A stretch of 10,289 nt of DNA from the IMG/VR virus record IMGVR_UViG_2740892235_000015, positions 1 through 10,289 of that record; one strand, given 5' to 3'. The DNA comes from a virus. Lineage: Duplodnaviria > Heunggongvirae > Uroviricota > Caudoviricetes. The position numbers and the translations under genes are program-made. Below, in pieces: positions 4,937 through 10,289 of this stretch; position 1 is the first letter of the stretch, and each line of letters opens with the position of its first letter. The notes beneath the pieces are model-generated. The model made no database searches. It saw only the letters and a list, made by a program, of their open reading frames with translations, and was not told the DNA's origin.

Positions 4937-6330
4937 AAAGCGCACCGAACTTAAAAAAACAGCCTTACGACAAGATGACCGAAGTCATCATTTTTGCGGG
5001 TAGTGATGCGTGGGCACATGCGAAACAGTGGCAGGAACAGGACGGGCGACTGGCTGGCGATAATGTGCCTCCCATTGTGCTGGCTGATGATCAACTGGAT
5101 GAACTGGCAGACCTGAGAATCATCGACGAGGGGCGCTATTGTGTCCGGCTGTACAAGGCAGGCCACATCAGGCCATCAAATATTAATGCCATTGCGCACA
5201 AGCTGGCGGCGGCGGGCGTAACTGATGCGAATTATTACCCCGAAGGGATACACAGCCAGAAGCGGGAGAACTGGCGCGAATATCTGGAACGGGAGCGGGG
5301 GAAAAAGCCAGGGGAAGAACACCACCAGCGAAAAACCACGCTACCGATGAGCGTTGGATCTGCCGGATACGACACGCAATTAGATTACGTGGTAAAGGGG
5401 ATTATTCCGGCATCGTCGCTATGCAGCATATACGGGGCAAGCGGTTCCTATAAATCATTCCTTGCGGGTTCGTGGGCGTGTCACGTTTCCACGGGCCGCC
5501 AGTGGGGAGGCCGCAGGGTGGCGCATGGCGCTGTTCTCTATGTGGTTGGTGAAGGCGGTATCGGCGTTCCGCGTCGTGTAAAAGCCTGGGAGGTTGTGCA
5601 CGGTGAGCAGGTGAAAAATCTGTATCTGGTAAACCGTCCAGTTTTTCCGGCTGTCCCGCTTGATGTTGATGAACTGGTTATCGCTGCCCGTCAGGTGGAG
5701 CGGGAAACGGGTAAACCTGTACGCATGATTATTCTTGATACTCTGGCGCGTTGCTTTGGTGGCAATGATGAAAATGATTCCCGTGATATGGGGGCGTTTA
5801 TCCGTGGGTGTGACGAGCTTAAACGGCGCACAGGGGCCACGGTGCTGGTGGTTCACCATTCCGGCAAGGATGAGACGAAAGGCGCGCGCGGTTCCAGTGC
5901 ATTTCGTGCATCACTGGATGCTGAATACCGGATACGCAGGGAGGACGCAGGAAGCGAAGCGCTGGTTATCTCATGCACCAAAATGAAGGACGCGGAGGAA
6001 CTCAAAGAAGCCGCATATGACTTACGCGTGGTGGAGCTTTTTACCGACGCTGACGGGGAGTTAATCACGTCGCTGGTGGTGGTGGATAAGCCGCGCCCTC
6101 CCGTTGAACTGGAGCGCATCGAGGAGGCAGGCAACAAGACGGAAAACCATACCGCGCTATGGGGATGCATACGTTCACGCACACAGCACGGCGACAAGTG
6201 CACGATCCCGCTGTTACGTGACGATATGAAAAAGCTGGGGTATGACACAAAACACCTTAAACGATGGTTAGCCAAACTGGAAAAAGACGACGTGATCTAC
6301 ATTGACGGTGATGATGTAGGACCACTGTAA
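4933..6330 (+). CDS. Replication ATPase/helicase, RecA-fold (RepA/AAA_25-like) with uncharacterised N-terminal domain
   Basis: 465 aa. Walker A GASGSYKS (aa 168-175), Walker B-like RMIILDT, and a VVHHSGKDETKG motif typical of RepA-like RecA-fold helicase-ATPases. The iteron array starts immediately after the stop codon. Confidence 0.88.
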   Translation: MKSAPNLKKQPYDKMTEVIIFAGSDAWAHAKQWQEQDGRLAGDNVPPIVLADDQLDELADLRIIDEGRYCVRLYKAGHIRPSNINAIAHKLAAAGVTDANYYPEGIHSQKRENWREYLERERGKKPGEEHHQRKTTLPMSVGSAGYDTQLDYVVKGIIPASSLCSIYGASGSYKSFLAGSWACHVSTGRQWGGRRVAHGAVLYVVGEGGIGVPRRVKAWEVVHGEQVKNLYLVNRPVFPAVPLDVDELVIAARQVERETGKPVRMIILDTLARCFGGNDENDSRDMGAFIRGCDELKRRTGATVLVVHHSGKDETKGARGSSAFRASLDAEYRIRREDAGSEALVISCTKMKDAEELKEAAYDLRVVELFTDADGELITSLVVVDKPRPPVELERIEEAGNKTENHTALWGCIRSRTQHGDKCTIPLLRDDMKKLGYDTKHLKRWLAKLEKDDVIYIDGDDVGPL

Positions 6331-6532
6331 AAAGTGGGCATTAAAAGTGGGAAAGGTGGGCAATTTAACGGAATTTTAACAAAATTACCCACTTTCCCAC
6401 GTGTATATATCCCAAAAAGTGGGCACTAAAAAAATACCTATGAAACAAGATGATATAAATCCCAAATTTCCCACGTTGGACGAAGTGGGAAAACGTAAAA
6501 AGTGGGCGAAAAAAGTGGGTAGAGGTGGGCAA
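6331..6532. repeat. Iteron array, candidate origin of replication
   Basis: About ten copies of (A)AAGTGGG(C/A)A or GGTGGGCAA in both orientations: direct at 6331-6340, 6343-6354, 6354-6363, 6416-6425, 6483-6493, 6497-6508, 6511-6520, 6522-6532; inverted at 6388-6400 and 6467-6474. An AT-rich stretch lies between them (6365-6412). Confidence 0.6.
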
Positions 6533-6784
6533 ATGACTCAAAAACACAGAGACAGAACAGAGCCAAAATATAAAGCGTTAGACATGACAGAGCACGCCTT
6601 AAAGGTGGCAATCAGAACGATAGACCGCCACGCGGGGGAAGGATACGCGAAGGAACATCCCGACCTGATAAGCGCATTCATGACCACAGCAGCAGCAAAC
6701 TTTGCCACGCTGACAGAACGGGAGATTGCCGAAGCGGAACAGGTAACAACAATCAACGTTAAAACCGGAGAGGTGGAATCATGA
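6533..6784 (+). CDS. Hypothetical protein (83 aa)
   Basis: ATG at 6533 with GAGG SD at 6522-6525. Start chosen downstream of the iterons rather than the ORF-track start at 6401. Stop overlaps the SSB start (ATGA). Confidence 0.5.
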   Translation: MTQKHRDRTEPKYKALDMTEHALKVAIRTIDRHAGEGYAKEHPDLISAFMTTAAANFATLTEREIAEAEQVTTINVKTGEVES

Positions 6785-7203
6785 CAGCACAGATAGCCGC
6801 TTACGGGCGGCTGGTGGCTGACCCACAGTTAAAGACCACCAGCAAGGGTACACAAATGGCGATGGCGAGTATGGCTGTCCCCCTGCCGTGCAGCCAGGCC
6901 GATGACGGAACGGCGACGATGTGGTTATCCGTCCTGGCGTTTGGCAGACAGGCCGACGCACTGGCAAAACACCACAAAGGCGAACTGGTGAGCGTGGCGG
7001 GTAACATGCAGGTGAGCCAGTGGACAGGCCAGAACGGCGAAACGCGGCAGGGCTGGCAGGTTATCGCTGACAGCGTAATCAGTGCCAGAACGGCGCGACC
7101 AGGTGGTAAAAAAGGCCAGCAGGGCCAGGCTACTGACGCACTGAACAGGGCAAAACAACAGGCGGGTAACGATGATCCGTACGGGGATAACATACCGTTT
7201 TAA
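6781..7203 (+). CDS. ssb: Single-stranded DNA-binding protein (SSB-like)
   Basis: 140 aa. OB-fold-like core resembling SSB (AFGRQA...KGELV.V.G.MQ...WT.Q.GE.R.GW). Gly/Gln-rich linker and a C-terminal acidic tail ending DNIPF, like the DDDIPF tail of bacterial SSB. Confidence 0.75.
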   Translation: MTAQIAAYGRLVADPQLKTTSKGTQMAMASMAVPLPCSQADDGTATMWLSVLAFGRQADALAKHHKGELVSVAGNMQVSQWTGQNGETRQGWQVIADSVISARTARPGGKKGQQGQATDALNRAKQQAGNDDPYGDNIPF

Positions 7204-7219
7204 GCAACGAGTGACAGAA

Positions 7220-7241
7220 GCCGGAGCAATCCGGCTTTTTT
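7220..7241 (+). terminator. Rho-independent terminator
   Basis: Stem GCCGGA / TCCGGC with loop GCAA, followed by T6. Lies 17 nt after the SSB stop. Confidence 0.7.
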
Positions 7242-7248
7242 GTAGGTA

Positions 7249-7430
7249 CTCCTGGTGGGGGTGGCCTGTCCACGGGGCGGGCGGCGCGGAAAAAAGCGCA
7301 TTTTTTGATTTTTATGGCACCATCACCACCACTATAAGTTATTGATATATTGAAGAATAAAAATTTTTAGTGTCGAATCAGGTTGTTTTTTGTTCATCAC
7401 TGGAGCGTTCCCGAAAGCATTTACAAAAAA
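7249..7430 (+). repeat. R3 copy a: duplicated intergenic control module
   Basis: GC-rich block at 7249-7312 nearly identical to 9786-9850. Shared TATAAGT (7333-7339), AGGTTGTTTTTTGTTC (7380-7395) and TTTACAAAAAA (7420-7430), with the same spacings as in copy b. Confidence 0.8.
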
Positions 7431-7669
7431 ACAGGCGCAAAAAAAGCGCCCCCGATTGCTGTTACCGGAGGCGCTTTTACACGACAAAGGAGTTTTTATC
7501 GCCAGGATGACGAGTCTTAATATTGCTTCAATAGCAAAAATGCGTCAATGGCTTTGCCTCTCTGAGAATAATCAGAAAAATCATAATCTGATTTTATGGT
7601 AGAAAATAATTTATCTATTACTTTTATCGATCAATAATGATGCCCGTTAATCAAAACGGAGGCGGATTT

Positions 7670-7864
7670 ATGCCAGAGAACAACACCAGAAAGCCGGATA
7701 AAAGTGCCACGGTACACATAGACGCCGGAACTATGGAGAAGATCGAACGCTATCAGCAGTTCATCAAAGATAATCACCCGGGTATGCCAGTGCCCACGAA
7801 AGGACAAATCACACGCAGCGCGGTTGAATACTGGTACAGGGCAACGTTAGGAGCCTGGCTATGA
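7670..7864 (+). CDS. Hypothetical small protein (64 aa)
   Basis: ATG at 7670 with GGAGG SD at 7658-7662. Stop overlaps the start of the protease/capsid gene (ATGA). No recognisable domain. Confidence 0.5.
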   Translation: MPENNTRKPDKSATVHIDAGTMEKIERYQQFIKDNHPGMPVPTKGQITRSAVEYWYRATLGAWL

Positions 7865-9750
7865 AAACATGGTTTTCCATTAAGGCTATGGCAGATGTTG
7901 TACATGTGCGCATTTATGACGAGATCGGCGGGTACGGTGTAAAAGCATCGGCACTTACTGACGAGATCAACGCGTGTGGTAATGCGTCTGAAATCCATCT
8001 TCGCATCCATTCACCTGGTGGCGACATCTTTGAAGGGCTGGCTATCTATAACGCTCTGAAAAATCATCCGGCAAAAAAAATCGTACACATTGAAGGCATG
8101 GCGGCTTCTATGGCGTCGTTTATTGCCATGTGTGGAGATCACATCGTTATGCCTGAAAACGCGATGATGATGATACATGCCCCCCGTGGTGTTACTGCCG
8201 GAGTGTCGGGCGACGTTCGCCGCTTTGCTGATCTGATGGACAAGCTGGGCGACACGATGGCAGAAACCTATGCCGGAAGAACGGGCAGGAGCAAACAGGA
8301 GATCACCTCAATGATGGAGGCGGAAACCTGGATGGATGGCAATGAGTGTAAGGCTAACGGCTTCGCAGATGAGGTTATACCCGCGATTACAGCAATGGCC
8401 CGAATTGAATCAAAACGAATCGGAGATTTTTCAAATATGCCGGAAAAAATTAAAAGCATGATCAGCCAGAAAACTGGCAGTGGCGAACAGGAACGACTTA
8501 ACGGAATCCGTGAATTGTTTGGCACCTTCAACGGAAGATATAACGACCTGGCTATAAGTTGTCTTGCGGATTCAGAATGTAGCGTTGAGAATGCACGCGA
8601 ACGCCTTTTACTCGCTATGGGTAAAGAATCAACGCCAACAAACAAAACCACCCCCGCAAATCTTTACTACGCGTACACGGATAACGGCAATATAACTGGC
8701 GATGCCATGCGTCAGGGGCTTAATGCGCGTCTTGGTCACGAACGGGCCGAACGCGGTAATCCTTACGCCATGATGAGTCTTTTCGATATGGCACAGGCAT
8801 CATTAACCCATCGTGGTATAAGCACGGGCAGCTACAGCACACGCTCGCAGATAGTAAACGCGGCATTCACCCACAGCAGCAGCGATTTTACAGATATCCT
8901 TGCTGGTGGCGCTGAAAAATCAGTGCTTGCAGGCTGGGAGCACAGCGGCGAAACATTCCGCCAGTGGACGAAAAAAGGTTCCCTTTCAAACTTCCGGGAA
9001 GCCCGCCGCGTTGGTATGAATGGCTTCTCAACGTTAAACAAAGTGCCGGAAGGGGCAGAATATAAATACATCACCACCAGCGATCGCGGTGAACCCATCG
9101 CGCTGGCTACTTACGGGAATATTTTCAGCATTACCCGCCAGGCGATAATCAATGATGACCTTGATCAGTTATCAACGGTGCCAATGGCTATGGGCCGTGC
9201 AGCATCAAGAACGGTGGGAAATCTGGTTAATCTGGTGCTTACAGGCAACGTAAAACTTTCTGACGGAATAACGCTGTTTGACAAAAAACACAGCAACCTG
9301 ATTGAAGCAGGACTGACAACACCGGGACTTAGTGCAGCACGTCACCTGATGCGCACACAGAAGGACAAAAATGGCGAAGTGCTGAATATTGCGCCTAAAT
9401 TCCTTTTAGTTCCGGCAGCACTGGAAGATCGCGCGTTGCAGATGATTAACTCAACCGCACCTTTCGGGGCTGATAAAAACAGCGGGATCTTTAACCCGTA
9501 CCACAAGCTACTTGATATCATCGTCGATCCCCGCCTTGATGATATCAGCGAAAAACAATGGTACATGCTTTCCGCACAGGGAACGGACACAATCGAGGTG
9601 GCTTATCTTGATGGCAATGACGAGCCTTACCTTGAACAGCAGGAAGGTTTTATCGTTGACGGCGTGGCCTGGAAAGTCCGTATTGATGCAGGTGTGGCAG
9701 CTCTGGATTATCGCGGTATGGTCAAATCAGGCGGTACCGATTCACTATGA
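7861..9750 (+). CDS. Prohead protease (ClpP-like, S14) fused to HK97-like major capsid protein
   Basis: 629 aa. The N-terminal ~190 aa match the ClpP pattern (IHSPGGDIFEGLAIYNALK ... GMAASMASFIAMCGD ... MMIHAPRGV, compare ClpP INSPGG, AASMGAF, MIHQP). The C-terminal ~300 aa resemble the HK97-fold major capsid family. A linker or scaffold-like region lies between. AGGAG SD. Confidence 0.88.
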   Translation: MKTWFSIKAMADVVHVRIYDEIGGYGVKASALTDEINACGNASEIHLRIHSPGGDIFEGLAIYNALKNHPAKKIVHIEGMAASMASFIAMCGDHIVMPENAMMMIHAPRGVTAGVSGDVRRFADLMDKLGDTMAETYAGRTGRSKQEITSMMEAETWMDGNECKANGFADEVIPAITAMARIESKRIGDFSNMPEKIKSMISQKTGSGEQERLNGIRELFGTFNGRYNDLAISCLADSECSVENARERLLLAMGKESTPTNKTTPANLYYAYTDNGNITGDAMRQGLNARLGHERAERGNPYAMMSLFDMAQASLTHRGISTGSYSTRSQIVNAAFTHSSSDFTDILAGGAEKSVLAGWEHSGETFRQWTKKGSLSNFREARRVGMNGFSTLNKVPEGAEYKYITTSDRGEPIALATYGNIFSITRQAIINDDLDQLSTVPMAMGRAASRTVGNLVNLVLTGNVKLSDGITLFDKKHSNLIEAGLTTPGLSAARHLMRTQKDKNGEVLNIAPKFLLVPAALEDRALQMINSTAPFGADKNSGIFNPYHKLLDIIVDPRLDDISEKQWYMLSAQGTDTIEVAYLDGNDEPYLEQQEGFIVDGVAWKVRIDAGVAALDYRGMVKSGGTDSL

Positions 9751-9756
9751 CAACAA

Positions 9757-9778
9757 GGCGGCACCAGCCGCCTTTTTT
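9757..9778 (+). terminator. Rho-independent terminator
   Basis: Stem GGCGGC / GCCGCC with loop ACCA, followed by T6. Lies 7 nt after the capsid gene stop. Confidence 0.7.
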
Positions 9779-9785
9779 GCGGGTC

Positions 9786-9969
9786 CTCCTGGTGGGGTGG
9801 GCCTGAACACGGGGCGGGCGGCGCGGAAAAAAGCGCATTTTTTTGATTTTATCGTCATCATCATCATGTGTATAAGTGATTGTTTTTAATTATTTTGATG
9901 TGAAAAAGATGATGAAGAAGGTTGTTTTTTGTTCGACATCTTTTAGCGTGACAGATTCTTTACAAAAAA
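9786..9969 (+). repeat. R3 copy b: duplicated intergenic control module
   Basis: GC-rich block at 9786-9850 nearly identical to 7249-7312. Shared TATAAGT (9871-9877), AGGTTGTTTTTTGTTC (9919-9934) and TTTACAAAAAA (9959-9969). Confidence 0.8.
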
Positions 9970-10007
9970 TCTGAGCTTGTTTTCTTCACCAGCGCGATGG
10001 GGGCACA

Positions 10008-10289
10008 ATGACAGAAGCCGAAATACTGGGATTAATCCGTCGCGTTGCCGGAATCAGCCAGCAGGCTGACGAACAGGCCACGCAGCCGGACAGCGTGACC
10101 GCCGAAAATTATGCGCGTGTGGTTGCTGAGGTGATGCGCCGTGATGGTATTGAGCTTAACGGCGTGGATATGCGCAACATACGAACCAGAGTCCTTGAGT
10201 TGCTGGCATACCGTCGCCGCGTGGAGATGTATCGGGAGAAGGAGAAAATCACGTATCACTGGAAGAAGCCGGAGCGGTTACGGCGGTAA
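10008..10289 (+). CDS. Hypothetical protein (93 aa); its position after the capsid gene suggests a head-completion or connector role, unverified
   Basis: ORF with GGGGG SD. First gene after the second R3 module. The window ends at its stop codon. No motif recognised with confidence. Confidence 0.5.
   Translation: MTEAEILGLIRRVAGISQQADEQATQPDSVTAENYARVVAEVMRRDGIELNGVDMRNIRTRVLELLAYRRRVEMYREKEKITYHWKKPERLRR

Noticed and set aside
3869-4945. ORFs 3869..4102 (-), 4086..4343 (+) and 4481..4945 (-)
   Set aside because: They overlap, or are antisense to, the Ash-like gene and the small replication-operon ORFs, with no independent support.
6072-6079. Chi sequence GCTGGTGG on the plus strand inside the replication gene
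   Set aside because: A single 8-mer in 10 kb is about what chance gives in an enterobacterial-type sequence. The CTGGTGG in the R3 GC block is one base off Chi.
4951-6275. Five ORFs internal or antisense to the replication ATPase gene (4951..5166, 5455..5859, 5735..5986, 5853..6275, 6065..6250)
   Set aside because: They are embedded in a strongly supported CDS; typical long spurious frames.
6365-7193. Minus-strand ORFs 6365..6547, 6538..6756, 6779..6967, 6801..7193 and 6925..7158, and the long form of 6401..6784
   Set aside because: Antisense to the small ORF and the SSB gene, or spanning the non-coding iteron array. The start at 6533 with an SD is preferred for the plus-strand gene.
7271-7290. 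GGGCGGCG stretch in the R3 GC block resembling the first 8 nt of the lambda cohesive end
   Set aside because: The match is short and in a GC-rich context, and the element occurs twice 2.5 kb apart, whereas a cos site should be unique. More likely a regulatory repeat.
7390-7602. Plus-strand ORF of 70 aa in the leader upstream of the capsid operon
   Set aside because: Lies in a repeat- and hairpin-rich leader with no SD and low-complexity sequence. More likely regulatory DNA than a gene.
7380-9937. P2/P4-type late promoter activator site (TGT-N12-ACA) in the AGGTTGTTTTTTGTTC motifs
   Set aside because: Copy b gives TGT-N10-ACA and copy a has no ACA at the right distance, so the consensus spacing is not met. 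The motif is reported only as an unassigned conserved element.
7774-10259. ORFs 7774..8010, 8268..8651, 8832..9098, 9342..9590, 10032..10259 (-) and 9512..9889 (+)
   Set aside because: Antisense or out of frame relative to the capsid fusion gene and the final ORF, or spanning the terminator and R3 module.
1-10289. tRNA, rRNA, CRISPR array or insertion-sequence ends
   Set aside because: No tRNA-like arm motifs, no regularly spaced short direct repeats with unique spacers, and no terminal inverted repeats flanking a transposase-like ORF were seen. The att site and tRNA expected next to the integrase would lie upstream of position 1.

Overview
The window reads as the integrase-proximal arm of an integrated phage satellite or phage-inducible chromosomal island, enterobacterial in style. 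All family calls are by-eye motif recognition; no database search was run. Order on the + strand: P4-type tyrosine integrase (1-1242), AlpA-family regulator (1739-1945), a regulatory region (about 2060-3880), an Ash/Icd-like tandem-repeat protein, two small ORFs, a RecA-fold replication ATPase (4933-6330), an iteron array (candidate ori, 6331-6532), a small ORF plus SSB-like protein, a ClpP-like protease/HK97-like capsid fusion (7861-9750), and a final small ORF. The regulatory region is the most unusual part and the best candidate for an undescribed system: two tandem, paralogous but diverged modules, each with a leftward ribbon-helix-helix (RHH) gene plus a small downstream gene, an operator-rich divergent promoter, and a rightward structured leader; two small acidic cargo ORFs sit between them. 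Three repeat families are directly visible: an identical 45-nt hairpin element in both RHH operons, a structure-conserved leader hairpin, and a ~180-bp intergenic module present twice. Two 10-N runs (2668-2677, 3211-3220) sit inside this repeat-rich region, so local structure and any ORF crossing them are uncertain. No rRNA, tRNA or CRISPR array was seen.
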